Shown piece by piece: positions 1 to 9,091 of a stretch of 64,000 nucleotides of DNA. Made by a program: the position numbers and the translations under genes. The stretch comes from Leptospiraceae bacterium (GTDB lineage Bacteria; Spirochaetota; Leptospiria; Leptospirales; Leptospiraceae): assembly GCA_024233835.1 (NCBI GenBank), contig JACKPC010000001.1:1285442-1349441 (forward strand). The letters are read 5' to 3'. The notes below the pieces were generated by a model that worked only from the letters and a program-made list of their open reading frames with translations, did no database searches and was not told where the DNA came from. Numbering within the stretch: the stretch's first letter is position 1; the number at the start of each line of letters is the position of its first letter.

Positions 1-1
1 G

Positions 2-3000
2 CCTACCGTATCGGGTCTTCTGGGAAGTGGCTTACAGCTTTCCGATGGAACGAATACGATAAGCCCCACAGCCAATGGTAGCTGGGCTTTCCCGGCAAGG
101 GCTTCCGGTCTCAGTTATAACGTGACAGTGGCAACACAGCCAACAAATCCCTGGCAGACCTGCTCAGTTACAAACGGTAGCGGGACTTTAACCGTTTCTG
201 ATGTGACGAATGTAACAGTCAGTTGTGTTACCAACACCTATACGATGGGAGGCACAATCAGTGGTTTTGGTTCGGGAACGGACTTAAGTATAACGGATGG
301 AGCCGGTAATACATTGACCCTGCCTGCAGGAAGCAGCACCTTCACTTTTCCCCTGCGGGATAGTGGCAGTAGCTACAGTGTGACTATTGCGACCCAGCCG
401 ACTTCTCCCTGGCAGACCTGTACGGTGACCAATGGTAGCGGTAATTTAACAAATGCGAATATAACGAATGTAAGTATTAGCTGCACTGTGAATACCTATA
501 CCATGTCGGGTTTTATATCGGGACAGGCAAATACTTCGACTTTAATCATCAATAATGGTACAGCCAATGTGACTCTTACCGGTCAGTCGAGTGACTACAA
601 TTATACGGAAAATCTAAACAGTGGCACTTCGTACAACTATACAATAGTGCAACAACCTCCGGGACAGTACTGTGTATTTGTCATGCAGACCCTACTTTCC
701 GGGACTGTGACAAACTCGAACCTTAACAACTTCGGCATCAACTGTGTGAACGGCTATCTGGTGAGTGGTCATATACAACAAAATCCACCGGCTCCGATTA
801 ATATGCACCTGTATCAGGGAAATGTGACTACCCTTGCGGGTAATGGAGTAACCGCAGGTACAGCCGACGGAACGGGTGCTGCGGGACAATTCAATACACC
901 TTCAGGAATCACATTCGATGGAACCTATTTTTATGTTGCTGATACAGGTAATCATAAGATAAAAAGAATTGATTCGAGTGGAAATGTAACTTCTATAGCA
1001 GGAAATGGAATTGCAGGTAATACCGATGGATCCGGGACTTCCATCTCTTCCTTAAATAGTCCAAGAGGGCTTACTACCGATGGAACCTATCTTTATATTT
1101 CAGAATCAAGTGGTAACAGAATCAAAAGGATGCGAATCTCAAGCGGATACGTGGAGACTCTTGCGGGTGATAATTCCGTTGTCTCACCTGCTGCGTCAAC
1201 TCTTGATGGCATAGGAACAGCGGCAAAGTTCAATACGCCTGCGGGAATTGTGGTAGATGGAAATTCTTTGATTATCGTGGAACGAGGTTCCAATGCTATT
1301 CGAGAATTAAATTTGAATACACTTTCTGTAAGCACACTAACAGTCTCAGGAGCAGCATTAAATCAAGCAGAAGGTATCGCACTTGTTGGGAACTACTTGT
1401 ATATTGCTAATTTAAATAGTCATAATATACTAAAAGTTGATAAAACTTCGGGTGTTTCCGTGGTCCTCGCCGGTGGAGCTGCGGGAGAGGTCGGGTATAT
1501 CGATGCTGTAGGTACCACTGCAAGGTTTAATCATCCACATGGGATTGTATCTGATGAAGTTAATCTTTATATAGCCGATTTTGATAATAACCTGATTCGG
1601 CAGCTAGAAATCAGTAGTGGAAGAGTAACAACTCTTGCCGGTACGGGAACAGGTGGAACATCTACCGATGGAATTGGTATCGCAGCTACTTTTAATAGTC
1701 CCAAATTTATGACCAGTGATGGAAAGAATCTGTATGTTGTCATGCATCATGCTATCCGCAAGCTCACCAACAACGGACTTGTGGGTTACTGGCCGCTTAC
1801 TACAAGTGCTGCTGACCATGCCGGAACAAACAACGGAACTTTATATAATTCGCCCGCTTTTACCGCTGCTGATAGATTTGCTGTGGCAAACTCTGCAATC
1901 ACTTTCAATGGCTCAAACCAATTTATTGAAGGTTCTGACTCCGGTTTGCCTTCAGGAGGAAATCCAAGAACAAGTTGTGCCTGGATAAATCCACAGGCAG
2001 TTATTAATGGACTGAGTCTTGTTTTTACCTATGGAACAAATACAGCTTACGGTGGACATGGTATTGCTATAGCAGGAAATGGAACTAAGTTAACCGGAAT
2101 TATGAGTTCCAATTTTGGTGGTTCTGATTTTACAGCACCTTATAACTTAGCAACAAACCAGTGGACACATATTTGTACTACTTATTCCGGCAGTTCAGCA
2201 GGAAATGTTGTGGGAGTTTATGCAAACGGAAAACTCATAGGACAGACTACAACAGGAAACTGGAATACAACTTTATCCGGTCTAATGCGAATAGGTAGCC
2301 AGATCACTAATGCACAGTATTTTAACGGCAATATTGCCGATGTTCGAATCTACAGCCGTGTGCTGAATGAAGGCGAAATCAACGAGCTGGCACAGAATGC
2401 TGCACCCGCACAGGTAGGTTCTACCTACAGCACAGGGGCAACGGGGCTATTGGCAGACTTCCATCTGGATGGTGGTAGTAACAATAGTAGTGGTGCTATT
2501 CCTGATCTGGGTCTTACGGGTTCAACTGGTGGTAATTTCCTCGGTAAGGATGGTGATGCAAATGGATCACGGATGTTTGATATATCCAGTAGTAATACAC
2601 TTAGCGGAACTACGCTCGGCCTTCCTCTTGGTGGAGCCCCTAGAACATTGTGCACATGGATAAATCCTGTATCTTACCCTCCTCCCGGAGGTGGTATTCC
2701 CGGCTGGTATTTTGCTGCCGGTTATGGTGGAACCAGTACAAGCTCTGCTTTTATGGTAGGTGTTTATAATAACTCAGGAATCATCAATCTAACCCTGGAT
2801 TTTGGAAATGATTCAGTTATGGCAGCCTATAATCCGGCACTGAATACCTGGACTCATGTTTGCGGAGTTTACGATGGCAGCACCGCTTATCTTTATGCTA
2901 ACGGTATGTTGTTGAATTCTGCTGCAAAATCCATCAATACAACAACGGGAAGTTTTACTATTGGAGCAAATACAAGTGGCAGCAGTTTTTTCAATGGAAA

Positions 3001-4405
3001 GATAGACGATGTTCGCATCTATAACAATGCACTCAACCAAACGCAAATCCGCCAACTTGCTACACAGGTTCCGACAGGACTTGTGGCCAGATATGATTTC
3101 AATGGAGACGCGAATGATGTAAGTGGATTTGGTGCTAATGGAACTGTATATGGAGCAACACTGACAAGTGACAGGTATGGAAACAGCAATTCAGCTTATA
3201 ATTTTAACCACAATAATCAAAACTACATTGAGGCTCCTCAACTGTTTTTACCTACCGGTTCAAGTTCCAGAACATTATGTGCTTATATTAGACCTCAAAA
3301 TTTACCTCCTACTGCACCGGATCCTCAAAGAGCTGTTTTATATTATGGCACAGCAACTACCAGCGGTGCCAATGGTTTAATCTTTGCATTTGATTATGAA
3401 GTGGCTGTTGCAGGTTATGCAGATGATTTAAGCTTAACCTATCGAACATCTCAAAATACCTGGAATTTCTTTTGTGGTACCTTTGATGGGTCTACAGCAA
3501 GATTGTATTATAATGGAAGGGAATTAATTAATGGAACAAAATCCTGGAATACGGGAACTGGAAATTTCTTTATTGGTAAAAGCTTAAGTACGGTTTATTT
3601 TAATGGAGATATAGACGATGTTCGCATCTATAATCGTGTCTTAACCGAATCGGAAATCCGTGCTTTAAGCGGCTATCATCCGATGCAGGTGACAAGCTGG
3701 AATCCGACGGTTGCCAGTAGTAGTTTACAGTTCCACGTTGCTGCTGATAGTTTTAGTAACCAGGCCGATAATACTACTGTCGGAAACTGGCCGGATATAA
3801 GCGGAAATGGCTTTTTAGGCACCCAATACAACGGGCCAGTTTTTAGAACTGGAGCTAATGGCTTAAATGGTAAACCGGCGATACAATTTAATGGTACTAA
3901 TCAATATTTTGATTTCGGTGCTCAATCAATAGCTTATAATGGTGCAACAGTATTCGCTGTGGCGAAAAATTCCATTTCTGATTATATTGGTAGACCGATA
4001 TTAAGTTATGAACTTGCTTCCGGAGGTTGTGTGACCAGAGTAAATTTGGAAAAAGATTTCACCAATCCGACAAATTATTATTTTGAAGGGCCGGCAAGTA
4101 GTGCGACAATTTCTGCAACTTTAAATGAATCACTTATATTAACCGGTATTCTTGAAGGAACATCCGCGCCAATTAAATTAGCTAAAAACGGAAACGCAGC
4201 TACTTCTGGAGCAAATGTTTCCCTGAGTGGGAATAATTCGTGTAATTTGCGTGCAGGTGGGAGAACAGACACAGCAGATAGATTTCAGGGACTCATTAGC
4301 GAGATCCTGTTATTTAAAGAGGCACTCGGTGTTCCCGACAAAGACATCGTCGAGTGTTATCTCTCTTCTAAATACAATATCCCTATCGGGCATAGCTGTC
4401 CGTAA
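2..4405 (+). CDS. Very large secreted multidomain protein, 5' partial. The reading frame is open back to the window edge. It has N-terminal Ig-like tandem repeats (TxATQPTxPWQTCxVTNGSG), a 6-blade NHL beta-propeller and 4-5 LamG / concanavalin A-like (Laminin_G_3) domains.
   Basis: The frame upstream of the ORF-track Met at 122 translates as ...LSYNVTVATQP, matching the internal repeat SYSVTIATQP, so the protein is truncated at the window edge. NHL motifs appear as FNTPxGIxxDGxYLYxAD..NxIxRxD, six times. LamG signature D(D/A)VRIY(N/S)RxL(T/N)xxEI appears four times, each preceded by YxF/LxGDxxDxSG. Confidence 0.8.
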   Translation, partial: PTVSGLLGSGLQLSDGTNTISPTANGSWAFPARASGLSYNVTVATQPTNPWQTCSVTNGSGTLTVSDVTNVTVSCVTNTYTMGGTISGFGSGTDLSITDGAGNTLTLPAGSSTFTFPLRDSGSSYSVTIATQPTSPWQTCTVTNGSGNLTNANITNVSISCTVNTYTMSGFISGQANTSTLIINNGTANVTLTGQSSDYNYTENLNSGTSYNYTIVQQPPGQYCVFVMQTLLSGTVTNSNLNNFGINCVNGYLVSGHIQQNPPAPINMHLYQGNVTTLAGNGVTAGTADGTGAAGQFNTPSGITFDGTYFYVADTGNHKIKRIDSSGNVTSIAGNGIAGNTDGSGTSISSLNSPRGLTTDGTYLYISESSGNRIKRMRISSGYVETLAGDNSVVSPAASTLDGIGTAAKFNTPAGIVVDGNSLIIVERGSNAIRELNLNTLSVSTLTVSGAALNQAEGIALVGNYLYIANLNSHNILKVDKTSGVSVVLAGGAAGEVGYIDAVGTTARFNHPHGIVSDEVNLYIADFDNNLIRQLEISSGRVTTLAGTGTGGTSTDGIGIAATFNSPKFMTSDGKNLYVVMHHAIRKLTNNGLVGYWPLTTSAADHAGTNNGTLYNSPAFTAADRFAVANSAITFNGSNQFIEGSDSGLPSGGNPRTSCAWINPQAVINGLSLVFTYGTNTAYGGHGIAIAGNGTKLTGIMSSNFGGSDFTAPYNLATNQWTHICTTYSGSSAGNVVGVYANGKLIGQTTTGNWNTTLSGLMRIGSQITNAQYFNGNIADVRIYSRVLNEGEINELAQNAAPAQVGSTYSTGATGLLADFHLDGGSNNSSGAIPDLGLTGSTGGNFLGKDGDANGSRMFDISSSNTLSGTTLGLPLGGAPRTLCTWINPVSYPPPGGGIPGWYFAAGYGGTSTSSAFMVGVYNNSGIINLTLDFGNDSVMAAYNPALNTWTHVCGVYDGSTAYLYANGMLLNSAAKSINTTTGSFTIGANTSGSSFFNGKIDDVRIYNNALNQTQIRQLATQVPTGLVARYDFNGDANDVSGFGANGTVYGATLTSDRYGNSNSAYNFNHNNQNYIEAPQLFLPTGSSSRTLCAYIRPQNLPPTAPDPQRAVLYYGTATTSGANGLIFAFDYEVAVAGYADDLSLTYRTSQNTWNFFCGTFDGSTARLYYNGRELINGTKSWNTGTGNFFIGKSLSTVYFNGDIDDVRIYNRVLTESEIRALSGYHPMQVTSWNPTVASSSLQFHVAADSFSNQADNTTVGNWPDISGNGFLGTQYNGPVFRTGANGLNGKPAIQFNGTNQYFDFGAQSIAYNGATVFAVAKNSISDYIGRPILSYELASGGCVTRVNLEKDFTNPTNYYFEGPASSATISATLNESLILTGILEGTSAPIKLAKNGNAATSGANVSLSGNNSCNLRAGGRTDTADRFQGLISEILLFKEALGVPDKDIVECYLSSKYNIPIGHSCP

Positions 4406-4415
4406 GGGAATAAAT

Positions 4416-4443
4416 GCAGACGAGAAAGCATTTTCTCGCCTGC
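4416..4443. terminator. Bidirectional hairpin terminator between the two convergent giant genes
   Basis: GCAGACGAGAAAGC-ATTT-TCTCGCCTGC imperfect inverted repeat (about 10 bp stem). It lies exactly in the 58-nt gap between the stop at 4405 (+) and the stop at 4464 (-). Confidence 0.5.
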
Positions 4444-4463
4444 ATAAGAAGAATTTTAGCTCT

Positions 4464-7400
4464 TTATAATTCTCCCTGATACAGGGAGTATATTTCTGCC
4501 TCTGTGAGTTCTCTATTATAAATTCTCACATCATCTATACTTCCGATGAAATAATCAGTATTCACCGGGTCACCGGCAATGTAGAAAGTAGTAGCAGCTG
4601 AGTTAAAATCTTTAGTACTGTTAAATATGGTTGATCCATTTACTATAATTTTTCTGTTGGTTCCGGTATATAGAAAGCAGGTGTGATACCATGTTCCGTT
4701 GGTACAGGAATAGGAATTATACCAGGTTCCATTTAAAATATTTCGATTTAAACCTATCTCAGTGGAAGATAAACGAGCTGCAAAGTTTGCATTACTATTA
4801 TCTCCACTAAAAAAGATGGCACGATTGGTTGCACTTAAAGAGGAGGGTTTAATCCAACCGCAAACAGTACGGGCTTCCGCAGCCGAAGGAAAATGTGCAG
4901 CAGATGTGGTGATCCAATTGGTTCCACTAAAACTGTAGGCTCTGTTGGCTGTGCCGTATCTGTCTGTACTTGTTGTAGGAGTATTTACAGGAGTCCCGTT
5001 GTCGCTAAACCCGTCTCCGGCATACTCATCGGTAAGGCTTCCTGAATTAAAGGGGTAGTAAGCGAGCATTCCCTTATCCGGATCGGCAGAAAGGATTTTA
5101 ATTTCATTCGCAGTCAGGGAGCGATCATAAATTCGAAGTTCATCGATACTTCCATTCATGCCGATTCCTCCGAGGTCAGCTCTGAGACCGATTCTTACTA
5201 CCGATGTGTTAACCGTTCCGGGGCTTATCGTTCCATTTCCATCGGCAACACCATTGATGTAGAGTTGATAGGATTCTGAAGTCTTGACTACCGCCACATG
5301 TGTCCAGGTAGAAGCCGGAATGGTAGCTGTGCTATCTACGTTAAGACCGGTTCCGGTATTAATTAAGAACTGTAATATATTCGTTCCCATTATACGAAAT
5401 TCAACATGGTGTCCGGAAGTTGCATCATGCCAGGCAATAATCTCATCATCGGTTCCGGCTGCTGTCCTGTAGATCCAGGCGGAAATTGTCATATTCGTGG
5501 GTAAACTAAAATGGGTACCGAGACTGATGTAGCTCGAAGTACTTCCATTGAATGTAGCTACTGTAGAAGTATTCGAGTATCGATTGGAACCTAAGGAAAC
5601 CCCCGTTGCGGTTCCATGATTGGCATTAACGCTGGCATCATCATAATTCGAATCAAAAGGATAGTAGGCATATAAATTAGAAAAAGTATATTCTCTTTTT
5701 TGAGTATATAAGGTTTTCTTTCCGCTGAGATCCGAGACGACTATATTAAAGTAATAAGCTTTTTCTGCACTGAGTCCTGTAATATTTGCAGAAGTAGTTC
5801 CTGTATACGTATTAAACAGGGTTCCGAGTGTTTCGGTTGAAGAAAGCGAAGTAAGGCAGGGGTAGGTTGCATAGTAAACCTTATAGCTTAAACTTCCCGC
5901 TGCGGTAGCCAGGTCGGAAGCTGCATTCCAGCTTAAGGTAAGAGAAGTGGATGCCACATTGCTTGTAAATATATATCCGTTGGCTACAGTAGGGTTTGTG
6001 AAATCATATTGAGCAGAGGGAGAACTTTGAACTGCGGTTCCTGCGAGATTATATTGATCTTTGGGGGTGACTTCAAAGCGTATGTATTTACCATCGTCTC
6101 CGGCTACAAGGGTATAGGTAGTATTTGTAGCTCCTGATATAGCAGAACAGGTGCCGCTTGTAGTATCGGTACAGCGATACCACTGGTAGGCATGAGTTCC
6201 GGGAAGATGTCCATCCACATCGTTATAAGTAAAGGTTCCGCTGAGCACAGAGCCAATGTTGCTTCCTCCGCTAAAAGCTACCAAACTGGCAGTTGGAGGG
6301 TTATTGGCAGCTACAGTAACGCTTACTGTATAGTTCTGGGTGCTGGCATCAGCGGCTGTTACCACGTAGCTCAGGGGAGTTGAAAAGTTATTGGCTGTAG
6401 TTCCTGAAACCTGGTTGACTCCACCCACCGTAATGCTACTTCCGGAAATAGAAAAATTGGCTACCAGAGCCGTCACATTGGTGTTGTAAGGAACGGTAAT
6501 TGCGATATTCGTTCCGCTGATAATACCTGTAGCTGTGGGGGAACTGAAACCAAACGATATAATTTCTTTGGCCGATAGACTATTGGTATCTGTAATAGCA
6601 AGACTAAAGGGATTTGTGCTTTCTCCTGCCGAATTTTTAGTAAAAACCAGAAAGTGTGTGGCCCCTGAAGGGATGCTTGTATTGGTATTGAAAGTGTAGC
6701 TGAGGTTTGTACCTGTCGCCGCCAAATCAGTAATATGACTTAACTTCGTGCTACTATTCGTTCCCCAGTAGAGGGCGTAGGAAGTGATATTGGATTCATC
6801 AGAAGCTTTTCCTATAGTTAAAATTCCTCCGATTTTTCCAACAGAAACATCCGAGTCTGAAAAGTTTAAAGAAGAAGCAGTTAGAGTAGGTGGACTGATT
6901 AGATCCGAAATAGCCGTACTGACTCCTGTTGACATTTGAACGGTTCCATTTTTAGTAAAAGCAAGCAGGTGAGTTGCCATTGCGGGAATAGCAGTAGAAG
7001 CTAAGGTATAGCTAATATTTTGATTTGTTTTGGAAAGAATTGCGATGGGGTTTCCAATTATTTCTGTAGCGGAACTTCCAAAATAGACCGCATAGGTTGT
7101 GACATCTGTTTCATCAGAAGCTTTTGTAATAGAAAGATTTCCTGCAATATAACCCTTGTTTCCATCTGTATCGGTGAAGTTGAGGGCTTCAGCCGCATGG
7201 GTCGGAGAAGTAAAAACAACAGGTTTTGCATCGCTTCCATCTTCTCCAAAAGCAGTAACGGTCATGACCATAGTTCCTGAGGTAGCCACAGGAGTTGGTG
7301 GAGGTGTATCTGCTGTAATTGTTTCAGGCAGAGAAACCGAAATTTCACCTAACTCTACTCCTGACTCACTGACTATAGTAACCTTAAAACTTCCCGGATT

Positions 7401-8027
7401 AAGTTTCATTTCATATTGACCGTTTTCATCCGTAAGAAATTTGGCCTGTGTGTCATTAATAAGTTTATTGGATCCACTTGTTTCTTCTCCCTTCGTGTTG
7501 TTACCGGAGACTGCCAGAAGGTATTTGGCACCATTCGGGGGACTGGTTCCGAGGTTGAGCATATATATATAAGAGCTTGCCCCGGTTTTCCAGAGTTTTG
7601 TAATACGGGAGAGTTTTTGGTTTTCGGCAGATGCCCAATAAAGGGAGTAAAAATTTATTTCTGTTTCGTCTACAGCTTTTGCAATTTTCACTGGTCCGGC
7701 AATTTTTCCCTTCGTAGGATCAATGTCCACAAAGTCCAATTTACCCGGAGCTTTTTCACTAACAACGGAAGTTCCACCAGTAATTTCTTTTTTTACAGAG
7801 GTTGTCGTGGATAAACTTCCGGCACTCACATTTAATGAGGCATTCTTTACAGTTTCTCCACCAGGAGAAAGTAAATTACCTTTTATTGAATACACGGGTT
7901 TTGGAGAACTTTTTTGTGTATTAAAAGCGGTGATTCGTATTAAGTTATCCTTGCTACTGCCTTCCGGTAGAAATGGATTACAGTGGATTATGAATAAAAA
8001 AATTATATTGAAAACTATAAATTTCAT
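4464..8027 (-). CDS. Large secreted or lipoprotein adhesin-like protein. It has a signal peptide, three tandem Ig-like repeats of about 85 aa, a BIG-like domain, an Ig-like domain, FN3 and two C-terminal LamG domains.
   Basis: The ORF-track start at 8057 is probably 10 codons too long. An AAGGA RBS precedes the ATG at 8027 (MKFIVFNIIFLFIIHC...). Repeat units contain FxDxDxxKGxIAGxxxIxKAxDExxxTxYAxYxG ... THxLxFTKN. LamG signatures are DELRIYDRSLTANEI and DDVRIYNRELTEAEI. Confidence 0.8.
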   Translation of the reverse strand: MKFIVFNIIFLFIIHCNPFLPEGSSKDNLIRITAFNTQKSSPKPVYSIKGNLLSPGGETVKNASLNVSAGSLSTTTSVKKEITGGTSVVSEKAPGKLDFVDIDPTKGKIAGPVKIAKAVDETEINFYSLYWASAENQKLSRITKLWKTGASSYIYMLNLGTSPPNGAKYLLAVSGNNTKGEETSGSNKLINDTQAKFLTDENGQYEMKLNPGSFKVTIVSESGVELGEISVSLPETITADTPPPTPVATSGTMVMTVTAFGEDGSDAKPVVFTSPTHAAEALNFTDTDGNKGYIAGNLSITKASDETDVTTYAVYFGSSATEIIGNPIAILSKTNQNISYTLASTAIPAMATHLLAFTKNGTVQMSTGVSTAISDLISPPTLTASSLNFSDSDVSVGKIGGILTIGKASDESNITSYALYWGTNSSTKLSHITDLAATGTNLSYTFNTNTSIPSGATHFLVFTKNSAGESTNPFSLAITDTNSLSAKEIISFGFSSPTATGIISGTNIAITVPYNTNVTALVANFSISGSSITVGGVNQVSGTTANNFSTPLSYVVTAADASTQNYTVSVTVAANNPPTASLVAFSGGSNIGSVLSGTFTYNDVDGHLPGTHAYQWYRCTDTTSGTCSAISGATNTTYTLVAGDDGKYIRFEVTPKDQYNLAGTAVQSSPSAQYDFTNPTVANGYIFTSNVASTSLTLSWNAASDLATAAGSLSYKVYYATYPCLTSLSSTETLGTLFNTYTGTTSANITGLSAEKAYYFNIVVSDLSGKKTLYTQKREYTFSNLYAYYPFDSNYDDASVNANHGTATGVSLGSNRYSNTSTVATFNGSTSSYISLGTHFSLPTNMTISAWIYRTAAGTDDEIIAWHDATSGHHVEFRIMGTNILQFLINTGTGLNVDSTATIPASTWTHVAVVKTSESYQLYINGVADGNGTISPGTVNTSVVRIGLRADLGGIGMNGSIDELRIYDRSLTANEIKILSADPDKGMLAYYPFNSGSLTDEYAGDGFSDNGTPVNTPTTSTDRYGTANRAYSFSGTNWITTSAAHFPSAAEARTVCGWIKPSSLSATNRAIFFSGDNSNANFAARLSSTEIGLNRNILNGTWYNSYSCTNGTWYHTCFLYTGTNRKIIVNGSTIFNSTKDFNSAATTFYIAGDPVNTDYFIGSIDDVRIYNRELTEAEIYSLYQGEL

Positions 8028-8209
8028 GATTGAGTTTTCCTTTGAATTGTATAGCATATAAGACTATACTTTTTTTTATATTTCTATTTTTTTGACAATT
8101 ATTTTTAAAACTAAAATGCCCTAAATATAAATATGATTCGACACCTTAATGCTCGTAGAAAAATATTAGTTATCAACTGATTTATGAATTCAGGTGTTAA
8201 GGGATAGAA

Positions 8210-9038
8210 ATGAAAGAATTTTTCTTTAAAGAAGGAATTCACCCCAGTGCTATAGTGGAAGATGGAGCGAAAATAGGGAGTGGTGTTTCGATTGGAGCCT
8301 ATTCCGTTATAGGTCCCAATGTTGTACTGAAAGACGGTGTGAAAATTGCTCAAAATGTAATGGTTTCCGGGTTTACAACTATAGAAGAGGAAGCTGAAAT
8401 ATATCCATTTAATATAATAGGTGGCCCGGCTCAGGATCTGAAATACCTGGAGTATGAAGGAAAATTGAAGATTGGAAAAAAAGACTATTGTTCGGGAACA
8501 TACCAGCATACATGCAGGAACTCCTCATTCCGAACATCAGACGGTAATCGGAGATAGTGTCTATATCATGGCTGCCACTCATATCGGTCATGATGTTATG
8601 ATTGGTAATCATTCTATTATTGCAAGCGTTGGTATTGCCGGGCACGTAGAAATTGCAGACCATGTTGTTCTTGGTGCCAGAGCAGGTTTTCATCAGTTTG
8701 TGCATATCGGTCGCTTTGTCATGACGGCCGGTGTAGCAGCCTTCACCAAAGATGTACCTCCCTTTGCCATATCCGAACATGAAAGACCAAATGAATTTTC
8801 CGGCTTAAACGTTATCGGTTTGAAGCGTAATGGGTTTAAGAAGTCGGATATCCAGGAAATCAGGGAAATTTACAAGTATCTGTATTCTTTAAAAGGAAAA
8901 ATAAAAAATAGAACAGGTCCTTTACTGGAGAAATTTCCCGGAAGTGCTTACGCAAAAGAGATTGCGGAGTTCATTAATAAATCAAAAATGAATATCTGTA
9001 CTCCGGGAAGAAGGGGAGTCTCCTCGGAAGAAGAATAA
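8210..9038 (+). pseudogene. lpxA: UDP-N-acetylglucosamine O-acyltransferase LpxA, split into two overlapping frames by a 1-nt insertion in an A7 homopolymer at 8476-8482
   Basis: The left-handed beta-helix hexapeptide repeat protein aligns end to end with LpxA (IHPSAIVEDGAKIG...; ...IVREHTSIHAGT...MAATHIGHDVMIGNHSIIAS...FSGLNVIGLKRNGF). Deleting one A gives the continuous sequence KLKIGKKTIVREHTSIH, which parallels E. coli RVEIGDRNRIRESVTIH. Confidence 0.8.
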
Positions 9039-9053
9039 ATATATTCAATAAAG

Positions 9054-9087
9054 AATCTCAGGGAAGAAGTTCAAACTCCCTGAGATT
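9054..9087. terminator. Strong bidirectional hairpin (11-bp perfect stem) between lpxA (+) and the convergent membrane-protein gene (-)
   Basis: AATCTCAGGGA-agaagttcaaac-TCCCTGAGATT, followed by a T-rich tract on the + strand (tttactctttttctg). Confidence 0.55.
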
Positions 9088-9091
9088 AAAT

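Noticed and set aside
3400-3450. YADD tetrapeptide (AVAGYADDLSL) as a possible reverse-transcriptase motif
   Set aside because: It occurs inside a LamG domain context with no flanking RT motifs and is coincidental.
6500-7800. Repetitive DNA that could be mistaken for a CRISPR-like or intergenic repeat array
   Set aside because: The repeats are about 250 nt, diverged, in frame, and encode Ig-like protein modules. There are no short direct repeats with unique spacers anywhere in the window.
7020-8061. Several 80-130 aa + strand ORFs (7020-7280, 7156-7419, 7416-7814, 7723-8061)
   Set aside because: All lie antisense within the 1188-aa LamG/Ig-repeat gene. They have no RBS or domain signal and are shadow ORFs.
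8111-8780. Minus-strand ORFs 8111-8509 and 8409-8780
   Set aside because: They are antisense to lpxA, whose homology is unambiguous on the + strand.
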